A DNA stretch of 64,000 nt from Octopus sinensis (GCF_006345805.1 NW_021833299.1:17689-81688), one strand, 5' to 3'. Shown: positions 12,399 through 25,024, counted from the first letter of the stretch. Made by a program: numbers and translations. The notes: generated by a model not told the origin, from the sequence alone.

Positions 12399-12630
12399 AA
12401 GGCGGCGAGCTGGCAGAACCGTTAGCATGCCGGGCGAAATGCGTAGCCGTATTTCGTCTGCCGTTACGTTCTGAGTTCAAATTCCGCCGAGGTCGACTTT
12501 ACCTTTCATCCTTTCGGGGTCGATAAATTAAGTACCAGTTACGCACTGGGGTCGATGTAATCGACTTAATCCGTTTGTCTGTCCTTGTTTGTCCCCTCTA
12601 TGTTTAGCCCTTTGTGGGTAGTAAAGAAAT
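12399..12630 (+). mobile_element. Family-3 SINE with a 17-bp target-site duplication
   Basis: AAGGCGGCGAGCTGGCAGAA head to GTAAAGAAAT tail, flanked by ATATATCTAGGACTAAG at 12382-12398 and 12631-12647. Confidence 0.92.
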
Positions 12631-13429
12631 ATATATCTAGGACTAAGGGTTATATAAGGGAGATTTGGCTGCTATTCATATCTAGGACTAGGGGTTATAT
12701 AAGGGAGATTTGGCTGCTATTCTTAGCAGGTCTGTCCGCTTTGAAGTAGCGCCTTCGTTGATAGTTGAATGTCTTTGAGACGGGACTTTATTTGAACGGT
12801 GAAGGTTTTTCAAAAGAAACTTTAATGGAAGTGTTTTCTACTAGAAAATATCGATCGTCAGAACTTGGTTGAGAAGTGATTGTGGTGGTTTGGGATGGAG
12901 TGAGGGGTGCAAAAACCAATCAATACGTCTGTTTATTACGTGGCTCCCTCCGAAGATGGTCTTAGAGTTAGAACTATAATGTTTCAATGTTTAAAAGTTT
13001 GATTGTTTTCCGAGAATGAAATCTGGACAACTGAAAAATGGATGTCACAAAATTCAATGTGAGCGAGCGCCAAATAAATGACAAGTCTTGTAATGAAAGT
13101 ATGAATTTGCCAAAGAGAGAGGAAGACACAGAGAGAGAGAGAGAGAGAAGGAGAGAAGGAGAGAGAGATTCCATCTAAAAAGAAGAATTTCTTTACTTCA
13201 CTTAATGATCATTTGAATTTCAATGTATTTATTTTGTTTGTTTGGGTTTATTTTTCTTTTTGGTAATGTATTGTGTTGTTATTTTCGAAATCGTTTTGAC
13301 ATTGCTCTTCTAGCAGAATTGAGCTGTTTTCAATTCTCTGGGTTTTTCTTGCGAAAGTTAAGTACTGCCATTCATAGAATCTCGGTAGAAGAGAGAAGAG
13401 AGAAGAGAGAAGAGAGAAAGAAAAAAAAA

Positions 13430-13461
<32 letters not shown>

Positions 13462-13752
13462 AACACACACACACACACATACAAAGAAAAGAAAAACAAT
13501 GAATAGGGAGAAAGAAGAAGAAGGAAACAAAAAGCAAAACAAACAAACAAACAAATTAACTTCGGTTCTTAATAAAAATAGAAGAAAGAAAATGGCTTAT
13601 TTTTGTTATTGAAAATCTCGTACTTTTTGTTATTTCACAATGGACACGGCGAAACCTACTGACAAGAACACACACACACATAAATGCTCACACATTATAC
13701 ACCTTTCTTTCTTTCTTGCTTTCTTGCTTTCTTGCTTCATTTCTTTCTTTCT

Positions 13753-13784
<32 letters not shown>

Positions 13785-14441
13785 TCGTTCTTTCTTTCTT
13801 TCTTGCTCTCTCTCTCTCTCTCTCTCTCTGGCACGTACATACTGACACACAGTCACACACATACAAACCATATGTTTAAGAGGATAAAGATCTTTATAAT
13901 ATTTAATGACGATTCTTCAATGAATTTCTCTCACTGTTTTGGTTATCTATTGATGAAGGGAGAGAAAAAAAAAAAAAAACCCCAAAAAAAAACAAAAACC
14001 CCACCAAGAAAAGAAAAAAAAAAAGCCCAAAGAAAAACAAAAAAAACGAAGACAAAAGTATAATTGCAATTCAGAAATCCAAAAGAAATTTAGTTTTATT
14101 TAAAATTAAAAATAATTTTTTTTTTCGTTTTATTGAAATAACGCTGAAGCTGCTGTTGGTGTTGCTCTTGCTGTCGTAATTGTTGTTGTTGTTGTTGTTT
14201 AGCTTCAGGCCGACTGTGATGGAGCAGACCTATGATGAAAGACAAACCAAGTGCAACAATGCGTTTTTTTTCTTCTTTAAGACCAAATATGCCATTCCTA
14301 TCTTAAAACGATACAGTGTGTGTGCGCATGTGCGTGCGTGTGTGCATGCGCGCGTGTGGTTTAGAAGAGATTTGGTTGCTATTTCTAACAAGTCAAGCGA
14401 TCGATTTTGAAGAAGATTTTTCTGTTGTTTTCTGGTGATAC

Positions 14442-14766
14442 GGAGAAGGCACGTGGCTTATTGGTTAGGGTATTCGACTCCCGATCGTTAGGTCGTAAGT
14501 TCGAAAACCGGCGACGCGTTCTGTCCTTGAGCAAGACACTTTATTTCTGGTTGCTCCAGTCAAGCTCAACTGGCAAAAATGAGTTGTACCTGTAGCTCGG
14601 AGGGCCGGTCTTGTTACATTCTGTGTCACGCTGGATCTCACCGAGAACTACGTTAAGGGCACACGTATCTGTGGAGTACTCAGCCACTCGCGCGTTAATT
14701 TCACGAGCTGGCTGTTCTATTGATCGGATTAGCTGGAACCCTCGTCGTCGCAACCGACGGAGGGAG
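14442..14766 (+). mobile_element. tRNA-derived SINE, family 2
   Basis: GGAGAAGGCACGTGGCTTA..GGTTAGGG head, GTCCTTGAGCAAGACACTTTA body and CGTCGTCGCAACCGACGG tail. Shared with 38928, 46385 and 56484. Confidence 0.85.
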
Positions 14767-14824
14767 ACAGGTCAGCCCTGAGGATATAATAGTAATGTTC
14801 TTACAGTTATTGCTGCTGCTAAAA

Positions 14825-15340
14825 AAGGCAGTGAGATGGCAGAATCGTTAGCACGCCGGGCGAAATACTTAGCGGTATTTCGGCTGTCTTTACGTTCTGA
14901 GTTCAAATTCCGCCGAATCGACTTTGCCTTTCATCCCTTTCGGGGTCAATTAAATAAGTACCAGTCACGCACTGGTGTCGATACAATCGACTTAATCCGT
15001 TTGTCTGTCCTTGTTTGTCCCCTCTATGTTTAGCCCCTTGTGGGTAGTAAAAAAATAGGTATTTCGTCTGTCTTTACATTCTGAGTTCAAATTTCGCAGA
15101 GGCCGACTTTGCCTTTCATACTTTCGGGATCGATAAGTTAAGTACCATTTGCGTACTGGCGTCGATGTAATCTCCCAAAATTTTCGGCCTTGTGCCTAGA
15201 GTAGAAAAGAATCGTTAGCACGCCGGGCGAAATACTGAGCGGTATTTCGTCCGTCCTGAGTTCAAATTCTGCTGAGGTCAACCTTGACTTTATCATCCTT
15301 TCGGAGTCGATGAAATAAGTACCAGTTACGCACTGAGGTC
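14825..15340 (+). mobile_element. Family-3 SINE multimer
   Basis: Head plus body, junction AAATAG|GTATTTCGTC, second body with the alternative tail GGCCTTGTGCCTAGAGTAGAAAAG, then a further partial copy. Confidence 0.85.
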
Positions 15341-15414
15341 AACAAGCTCCCTTCCCCGCCAAATTCCAAGCATTGTGCCGTTCTTTATTAGAAATGATTA
15401 TTGTTGTTGTTGTT

Positions 15415-16050
15415 GTTAAGCAAGAAGACGGGTAAGGGTGATTAGGTGATGGTCTAGGGCTTAGGGGCGGGAGACCCCAGACCTTGGGAAAAAAAAAAAA
15501 ACTTTGGTCGTCTTGTTGTAGTCGAGGGCTCTTCGTTGACGCCCGACACCACTGGGAGGTGGCCCCTCGAAGTCGCTGGAAATGGAGATCTCCAGGTCCA
15601 AATTCTTGAACGGCTGCTGCTGCTGTTGTTGTTAAGCAACCAGACGGGTAAGAGTGATTAGGTGATGGTCTAGGGCTTAGGGGCGGGAGACCCCAGACCT
15701 TGGGAAAAAAAAAAACTTTGGTCATCTTGTTGTAGTCGAGGGCTCTTCGTTGACGCCCGACACCACTGGGAGGTGGCCCCTCGAAGTCGCTGGAAATGGA
15801 GATCTCCAGGTCCAAATTCTTGAACGGCTGCTGCTGCTGTTGTTGTTAAGCAACCAGACGGGTAAGAATGATTAGGTGATGGTCTAGGGCTTAGGGGCGG
15901 GAGACCCCAGACCTTGGGAAAAAAAAAAAAACTTTGGTCGTCTTGTTGTAGTCGAGGGCTCTTCGTTGACGCCCGACACCACTGGGAGGTGGCCCTCGAA
16001 ATCGCTGGAAATGGAGATCTCCAGGTCCAAATTCTTGGACGGCTGCTGCT
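15415..16050. repeat. Three tandem copies of a structured ~215-bp unit
   Basis: Units start GTTAAGCAA at 15415, 15631 and 15845 and are near-identical. Each has a G-rich hairpin, an A-run, TCGAGGGC/GCCCTCGA inverted repeats and the palindrome TGGAGATCTCCA. Confidence 0.97.
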
Positions 16051-16496
16051 GTAGCTGTTGTTGTTGTTGGTAGTGCTGCAAGTATTGTCAAGCAGATGCA
16101 AACACAGTCGTTGTTGCTACGAAGACTGCTGCTGCTGCTGCTGTTGCTGTTCTTACAGATTCTCATGCTGCACATTCTGCTGCTGCTGTTGCTTCAACTT
16201 TTGTTGCTGGTGCTAATATTACTGAAGCTACAGCAGTTGTTATTGTTGTTGTTGCCGTTGTTGCTGCAGCTGTGCCATTTAAATATGCTTGCTGTAACCG
16301 CTGTTTTTTTTTTGTTGTTGCTGTTGATGCTGCTGTTGCTGTTGTTGTTGTTGTTGTTGTTATAGCTGCAGCTGTTGTTGTTGCTGCTATTACAGCTGTT
16401 ACCGTTGCATCCGATGGCGTCGCTGCTGTTGCTATTAATTGGCAGTGATCATCATCATCGTCATCATCATCGTCATCATCGTCGTCGTCGTCGTCG

Positions 16497-16527
<31 letters not shown>

Positions 16528-17230
16528 TGTCATCGTCATCATCATCATCATCGTCGTCGTCATCATCATCGTCGTCGTCGTCATCATCATCATCATCATC
16601 GTCATCATCATCGCCATCGTTGTCATCATCGTCATCGTCATCATCATCGTCGTCGTCGTCATCATCATCATCATCGTCGTCGTCATCATCATCGTCGTCG
16701 ACGTCATCATCATCATCATCATCGTCATCATCATCGTCATCATCGTCATCATCATCGTCAACATCGTCAGCATTGTCATCGTCGTCGTCGTCATCATCAT
16801 CATCATCATCGTCGTCGTCATCATCATCGTCGTCGACGTCATCATCATCATCATCATAGTCATCATGATCGTCATGATCGTCGTCATCATCGTCATCATC
16901 AACAACAACAACAGCAGCAACAACAGCGACGGCGTCACTAAGGCAACTACCATCACCACTGCTGACAAAACCTCCACTACTAATAAAACCATCACCATCA
17001 TCATCACCATCACCATTACCACCACCATTACCACCTCCGTCACCACCACCTCCACCACCTCCACCCACACAACCACCACCACCACTGTCAATACCACTAG
17101 CACCAGCTCCTCCCACCAACACCACTGTCACCACCACCGTCGAAGCTGCTACCACCACTTCCAGAACCATCGCCGACACCATCGCCGCCGCTTCCGCCAC
17201 AACCATCAACGCAACCACCTCCACGCAACC
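16050..17230. repeat. (GTT/GCT)n, (CAT/CGT)n and (CAC)n compound trinucleotide tract
   Basis: Directly visible; source of the poly-Asp/His/Ser ORFs. Confidence 0.95.
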
Positions 17231-17307
17231 TAATTTTTCGACACTCTTGTTCGTTGACATCCTTCCCTAGTTCCAGAAAACTTTAGCATATTCTTACATT
17301 TGCGAAA

Positions 17308-17338
<31 letters not shown>

Positions 17339-17591
17339 TGTGTGTGTGTGTGTGTGTTTGCCTGTCTTGTCTATCTATCTATCTGTCTGTCTATTTGTCC
17401 TCCCCTCTCTCTCTCTCTCTCATTGTCTCTGTGTCTCACTCTTTCTCTCTTTGTCTCTCGTCCTCTTTCTCTCAAGTAGTCCTCTATCTCAACTCACTCT
17501 CTACCTCTATTTGTAGGCATTGATGGTTACAATAGTGGGGATTGTGGTTGTTGTTGTTGGCAGTAGTGGTAGAAACAGAGATGGTACCATC

Positions 17592-18372
17592 AAGGCGGCG
17601 AACTGGCAGAAACCTTAGAACGCCGGGCGAAATGCTTGATATTTCGTCTGCCGCTACGTTCTGAGTTCAAATTCCGCCAAGGTCGACTTTTCCTTTTATC
17701 CTTTCGGGGTCGATAAATTAAGTACCAGTTAAGCACTGGGGTCGTTGTAATCGACTTAATCCCTTTTTCTGTCCTTGTTTGTCCTCTCTGTGTGTAGCCC
17801 CTGGTGGGCAGTAAAGAAATAGGTATTTCGTCTGCCGCTACGTTCTGAGTTCAAATTCCACCTAGGTCGACTTTGCCTTTTATCCTTCCGGGGTCGATTA
17901 AATAAGTACCAGTTACGCACTGGGATCCATGTAATCGACTTAATCCGTTTGTCTGTCCTTCTTTGTCCCCTCTGTGTGTAGCCCCTTGTGGGCAGTAAAG
18001 AAATAGGTATTTCGTCTGCCGCTACGTTATGAGTTCAAATTCCACCGAGGTCGACTTTGCCTTTCATCCTTCCGGGGTCGATTAAATAAGTACCAGTTAC
18101 GCACTGGGATCCATGTAATCGACTTAATCCGTTTGTCTGTCCTTCTTTGTCCCCTCTGTGTGTAGCCCCCTGTGGGCTGTAAAGAAATAGGTATTTCGTC
18201 TGCCGCTACGTTCTGAGTTCAAATTCCACCGAGGTCGACTTTGCCTTTCATCCTTTCGGGGTCGATTGAATAAGTACCAGTTACGCACTGGCGTCGATAT
18301 AATCGACTTAATCCGTTTGTCTGTCCTTGTTTGTCCCCTCCGTGTGTAGCCCCTTGTGGGCAGTAAAGAAAT
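17592..18372 (+). mobile_element. Family-3 SINE: one head plus four tandem ~184-bp bodies
   Basis: Units restart GTATTTCGTCTGCCGCTACG at ~17640, 17823, 18007 and 18191. The whole array is flanked by a near-perfect 17-bp direct repeat AAACAGA(G/T)ATGGTACCA (17573-17589, 18376-18392). Confidence 0.93.
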
Positions 18373-19164
18373 AATAAACAGATATGGTACCAACAGCAGT
18401 AATAGTATCAGTCTTCGTTGTAGTTTTAATAATTGTTGCATTGGTGATTGATAAACTTTCTTTTTAAGGAGGGTTAGCGACATTGCTCTTTTCAGGATTT
18501 TCAAGGCTAATGGTAGAACGGGGAGAGGTAGTTATAAGCTCTAAAAGTTGGCCACAGAGGGGACTCCGTAAAAGGAATCCAGTGGCCTGGCTGGTGACGG
18601 CGATAAACCGAATGACGTTCTGTGGCGTAGCCAAATTGGTTGCCCTTTTTCTTAACCATTTTGTTACCATATTCTTGTTGTGAGGTTCTGTGTTTCTTTC
18701 AATTAATTTTAAATATAACAAAGAATTTAGTAAAATAACTTAGTTATCATTAAGCATAAATTATTATCAGGAGCAAAAATTTTACTAAGGTCTAGTGCAA
18801 GATTTTTATTCAGAACTTTTGAAAACAAGACATTTGTACTACAGAGCAAGAGGCGGTTTCAGCCAGGTTTGTATCAAAAGGGTTAAACGAACCTTACCTT
18901 CGGCTATAGCAAACGCACGTATATGACGTGGTGGTTCTCTGTAGGTTGCATACCCAACACTACGTCACGCTATGCTGTGCTACACCTAGTTACGCAATGC
19001 TATGCCGCACTATGCCATACTATGCCATTCTATACCGCGCTGTGCCGTGCGAAACCGTGTTACGCTGCACTACAACCTGCTATGTCGCAGTGCACCGCGC
19101 TGCGCCACTGGTGATATCCACTGCCAAGTTTTAGCGGCTATGATAGAGGTTACATTTGCAGTAG

Positions 19165-19267
19165 AGAGTAGTAGTAGTAGTAGAAGTAGTAGTAGTAGTA
19201 GTAGTTGTTGTAGTAGTAGTAGAAGCAGCAACAGTAGTAGTAGTAGTAATAGTAGAAGCAGCAACAA

Positions 19268-19314
<47 letters not shown>

Positions 19315-19470
19315 ATAGTAGAAGCAGCAACAGTAGTAGTAGTAGTAGTAGTAGAAGCAGCAACAGTGGTAGTAGTAGTAGTAATAGTAGAAGCAGCAAC
19401 AGTAGTAGTAGTAGTAGTAGTAGTAGTTAGTTTTGGTGGAGGTGGTGGTGGTGGTGGTTCTAGTAGTAGT
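19165..19470. repeat. (AGT)n repeat punctuated by AGAAGCAGCAAC
   Basis: Directly visible. Confidence 0.95.
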
Positions 19471-19759
19471 ACTATCACCGTGTCTCTCAGTTTCTCTTTT
19501 TGCTGCGCGCGCAAGGAACGCACATATTTAACTTAGTAATTATGACTGCATTTCAAAAACTGGCCATTCTCTTCAGAGCCAGAAAATCCACAAAACCTCC
19601 ATCAACTATTCCATAGGTGTGAAACTTTATTCAGCTTCAGACATTTTCAGTTATTCGTCCTCCTCTATTTTTAAAGTATTTCTGAGACTTATAAACACAT
19701 ATTTCTTTTGTACTCCAATATCCTTTCTTTCCTTCACGAATCTTCTCTCCTCTATCTAA

Positions 19760-19795
19760 CTTTCTGAATAGGAGCCAAAGCTCGAAACGTTGAAG
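19760..19795 (+). ncRNA. Minimal type I hammerhead motif with one core substitution
   Basis: CTTT-CTGAATA-G-GAGC(CAAA)GCTC-GAA-ACGT-T-GAAG. All stems pair; G8 is T. Confidence 0.55.
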
Positions 19796-19997
19796 ACACT
19801 CCTACACTTTTAATCATTTATTGAACGTTAAACCAATAATTACACTATATTTTCATTTTGTTGTGCGTATTCTTATTTTCATCGTTAACATTTCACCTAT
19901 ATATACGCTTGCATTCAAAATTATATTCATAGATATACTTATATTTTCGTGTTTAAACAGATGTAGACTTATACACACATATTCTTTTTGTAATTTT

Positions 19998-20383
19998 TTT
20001 GTTTCAGTCATTTGACTGCGGCCAACGTAGAGCACAGCCTTTAGTCGAGCAAATCGACCCCAGGACTTATTCTTTGTAAGCCTAGTACTTATTCTATCGG
20101 TGTCTCTTGCCGAACCGCTAAGTTACGGGGACGTAAACACACCAGCATCGGTTGTCAAGCGATGTTGGGGGAACAAATATAGACACACAAACATATACAT
20201 ACACATACACACATGTATATATACGATGGGCTTCTTTCAGTTTCCGTCTACCAAATCTACTCACAATGTTTTGATCGGCCCGAGGCTATAGTAAAAGGCA
20301 CTTTGCCCAAAGTGCCACGCAGTGGGATTGAACCTGGAACCATGTGGTTGGTAAGCAAGCAACTTACCACACACCCACTCCTG
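19998..20383 (-). mobile_element. tRNA-derived SINE, family 4 (CORE-like, internal microsatellite)
   Basis: Reverse complement of the GTAGGAGTGGCTGTGTGGTAAG head, GCACCTTGGGCAAGTGTCTT core-like motif and GCTCCAGCATGGCCGCAGTCAAATGACTGAAAC tail. Confidence 0.88.
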
Positions 20384-20594
20384 CAACTGAAAAATCCTCT
20401 TGTCGTTTCTCTGTGCTACGTTATTTGGGTTTTGGTGCACCCCGGTGGGTTGGTGACACCTTCGCCCTATATAAATTCCTATCGTATTATATAATCTGTA
20501 CCCACCACCGTTAGTATTTATACTCGCATATGGCTGGTATATCTACAGACAATTCATTTACAATGTATAAGTATTAAAAATAATATCAATTTCT

Positions 20595-20666
20595 TCGCCG
20601 AGCGCAAATTCGATTTACGGATCTCTGGTGTATCGGCCCAGTGAGCTTCCATTTGTCACTTACCTC
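20595..20666 (-). pseudogene. Degenerate initiator tRNA-Met-like sequence (pseudogene or SINE head)
   Basis: Minus strand GGAAGCTCACTGGGCCGATACACCAGAGATCCGTAAATCGAA aligns with the iMet pattern GGAAGCGTGCTGGGCCCATAACCCAGAGGTCGATGGATCGAA. The stems are broken. Confidence 0.55.
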
Positions 20667-22324
20667 AACGAGTAATTGAGCGAATATATAATGTTTTAGT
20701 TCTTATATTGTCTATTCCGTGTTACATTACATCTATTACATTCTCCATCAAATGTTATTTATTTATAATTCATTTATGTAATTCTATGCAGTGGACTGTG
20801 TCAGACGCACAAAATATAGTAATTACACAATATACGCCGTTGCACCGAGATGTTAATTTGCTTACTGAAAAGCGACATTTCATTCGACCGATACTCTGAG
20901 AATCACATTTGACGAACCACATGCATAGAATAATGTTTGCCATATCTTTCAGGGTGTCTCTTCATTGGCCATTTTCAGATCAGCCAGAAGCGAATCTATT
21001 CTATAAATATTTCCCCAACGTAGCATAGCAAGCGAGCTTCCTAGTTTTATACATGTCTAGCTGTCAGTCTGTCGGTCTGTATACACGCAGGCATTCATGT
21101 ATTTATGTATGTATGTATGTATGTATGTATGTATGTATGTATGTATACACACACATACACACATACATTCATATATATATATATATATACACACACAAAT
21201 ATATTTATGTATTTAATAACAGCCTGATTGAAAAGCACCCAACTTATAGTTTTGTGGGCGCCTTGGACACGTCGCCCTCGTCAGATGTTCGGAGACAAAG
21301 TATGTCTTGATGAATTTCAAGTTAAGCTCTGGCCGCTGACATCCCGGATATATCACCTTAGGTGTAGGTGACTCACACATAAGGTCAGAATCTGCCGAGG
21401 TCGACTTTGCCTTTCATCCTTTCGAGATCGATTAATTAAGTACCAGTTACGCACTGGGGTCGATGTAACCGACTTAATTCCTTTGTCTGTCCTTGTTTGT
21501 CCCCTCTATGTTTAACCCCTTGTGGGCAATAAAGAAATAAGAATACATATAATCCTAAAGCCCACTTTTGCTCAATAATCATCGTAGAAATTGTTGTCGC
21601 TTATGTGTTCAATCTCCACTGAGCAAATAACCGACACCATTATCTTGCTTCTCCATCACGTGAGGTGCCCAGTGCAAAGAACAACTGCTGCTGAATATAC
21701 AACGAGGCAACCTGTCGTGAAAGAGGCGAAAAATCCTATAAACACCCAGTCCTCAACACATAACTTAAAATAATGAAAGCAACAGATGTCACTTTGACAG
21801 CACTACAACATGAGATAAGCATTAGAGGCATAAACACCTAATAAGTACTTTGAATCCCTGTCAAACTCTCTACACTTTCCCCCGTAAATCTGATGATTCG
21901 GACGTGTGATATACACACACGAAACTTTGAGTACTGTGGAGATGAGCGAAACTGTTGTTAAATACGTGTAACTCTAACCGAATGTGTTGAGTGCTAATTT
22001 CGTTTGTTCATTCACTCCTCAGTGTATGTGTATGTGTGTGTGTTTGCGTGTGTGTGTGCGTATGTGTGCTTACGTATTTGTGTATATGTGTGTTTATGCG
22101 AATGCATATAAACGTATGTGCATGTACGTACGTGTTGTAAGTACAAGGAGTGCAGAACGAAATTTTAGAAAATCTGCACAATCGGAATCGCCGATGTTCA
22201 AAACATGAAATCCAAAGACTATTTTGGAAAAGGAAATAATAACAACTAAAGAAAATTTAAATATAATATTCAGGGTAGGGTGCCTGATGAATAAATAAAT
22301 AATAAATATGGTAAACTATCATGT

Positions 22325-22383
22325 GTGTGTGAATGTAAGTGTGTGCGCATGCGTATGTGTGTTTCCATGAACATATATACATG

Positions 22384-22426
<43 letters not shown>

Positions 22427-22457
22427 CACACTCAATATATATATATATGCTTATATG

Positions 22458-22499
<42 letters not shown>

Positions 22500-22987
22500 A
22501 TATGTATACATATAAGCATATATATGTGTGTGTGTGTATGTTTGCATGCATATTTATAAATGTATATATATAAGCATATATGTATATGTGTGGGTGGGCG
22601 AATGTGTATATGCGTGCGTGCGTGTGTGGGCATATGTGTGAGTGTGTGTATGTACATATATGTACATGCATGTGGGTGTTCGTCCTGTATTTCTGAATAA
22701 AATGCAGACGCACACTCTGACCATTAACTTCTATGTTGAGAAGTACATACATAAAGGTGGTGCTCCAGCATGGCCGCAGTCAAATGATCGAAACAATTGA
22801 AAAAGAATAAAAAGATTTTAAAAAAAGACTACATCGAATGCCTTCGAGGGTCCAGTTGAATAAAGCAGGAATCATAGGGATCCGTTGACAAAAATTATTG
22901 AGAACCACTTCATGCGCACCCTTCCCCCAATCTTCGGGCTTTGTGTCTATATTACAAATAATATATCGCTCAGTGTGTGGGTGTATG

Positions 22988-23069
<82 letters not shown>

Positions 23070-23577
23070 CTATATATATATATATATATATAAATTATAT
23101 ATTTCACCATATATATACATATATAAATTAATAAATAAATAAAACATATGCATATATACATACATATATGTACGTACCTACCTCTACATGTATATATTCA
23201 TGCATATATGGGTACAGGACACCAAAAAAAAAACGTCGAACACAATGAGAAACGAAAACATAAACACAAAACCAAGGAAATGGACATTTATTTTTAAACA
23301 ACGAAAAAATAGAGTACAGGACATACAAAAGAAGTAAAATTCCCCTTCTTCAGTCGCCTTAGATTCATCTACTCCACGTTTCGAAGGTCAAGGCGATACA
23401 TGACTTCAATGAAATTTTTCTTCCCGCGAAAATCAAATTAAATAAAATTTGAGATTTTTTTGCGGAGGGGTAAAAATGGTAACAAAAAACAGGACAGTAA
23501 CGACAGTACAAAATATAAACAGTAAAAGACAGGACACGGAGAATAACAGTAACACAAACAAGAAGGGCTGTTAAGCC

Positions 23578-23609
<32 letters not shown>

Positions 23610-23966
23610 CTGTGTCTACGTAGGAATGTATCTGTTTATATGTGTAATTGTGTATATCAATGTATGTGTGTGTTTGTGCCGACATGTGTTGATACATGTG
23701 GGCATATGAATATACTATTGCGTGCGTGTATGTGTACATGTGTCGTGTGTATGGTTCTACATGTGTGTGCACATAGATGATGTAGATGTGTACACAGCTT
23801 TACAGCAATATGCCTGAATAAATAGAACTCGTACGCACATTCGAAGATGTATGCATATGCACGTGAGTTGTGTGTGTGTGAATGTGCATATATATGTATG
23901 CATAAAAATGGTAGCAAAAGGGGTGAACTGAAAGTAAATGCATGCGTATATATATACATACATACT

Positions 23967-24015
<49 letters not shown>

Positions 24016-24139
24016 TATATATATATATATATGTAATATACATATATATATATACATATATACATAGTGGGTTTTCTCTAATTATATATATATATATTAT
24101 ATTAATGCACACGTATATATATATAGTGGTTTTTCTCTA

Positions 24140-24170
<31 letters not shown>

Positions 24171-24188
24171 CTCACAATTGCATATTTG

Positions 24189-24245
<57 letters not shown>

Positions 24246-24285
24246 CTTACATACATATATATGTTTTTGTGTGTGTATATATATG

Positions 24286-24332
<47 letters not shown>

Positions 24333-24391
24333 ATATATATTTGTATATATATATATGTCTGTATTTATATATATATATATATGTATGTATG

Positions 24392-24442
<51 letters not shown>

Positions 24443-24570
24443 ATGAACTTTAACAGTCCTGCACACATGCAGATGCATGATTGTGCATGTGTTGACGTGT
24501 GTGTGTGTGTGGGTGTAGGTACATAGCCTTCTACGCAGCAATAAAACACACACACACACACACACACACT
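22325..24570. repeat. Extended (TA)n/(TG)n/(TATG)n microsatellite fields
   Basis: Directly visible; source of the YIYI/CVCV ORFs. Confidence 0.93.
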
Positions 24571-25024
24571 TAGCTTACAGCTGCTTTCACAACGAATTTG
24601 TTTTCCAGCTGCATCACATTAATGCAATCAAAGCAGAATGTGGGTGAGTAATGTCAATAAATGATGAGTTGGTTCTCTCTTCTACTTACCACGCGAGATA
24701 AGGGAGTGAGGGATGGTGGAGGGGATCGTTAATCCTTGATTATTGATTTAACCATACCATTCTACTTCACGTTTATCTGATGTCGGCCAACGCTCTTCAG
24801 TGGTTTAGACCATACCTGAAAAGAAAGGAAGAAAATGGATCGTCATCCGTGTGGTGAACGTTGGGCTTTGAAGGTAAAAAATCTTACTCGATGTCATAAC
24901 ACAAAGGTACCGACACTTTCAAATGAAGTCCGAAATGGCAAAATAAAGCATAAAAACTCCCTAGAACAAAAACATAATAAAACGGGATGATCAGTTGTAG
25001 AAGCCGTTAATCATAGGGTAGTCA

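Noticed and set aside
21885-21936. CTGATGA...GTGTG/CACAC-GAAACTTTGAGTA hammerhead-like string
   Set aside because: There are seven extra nucleotides between the core and stem II, and stem I does not pair.
23341-23410. Minus-strand CGAAACGT and CTGAAGAAG motifs with a hairpin
   Set aside because: The order and spacing do not give a closed three-way junction. Probably a repeat relic, but it cannot be supported as a ribozyme.
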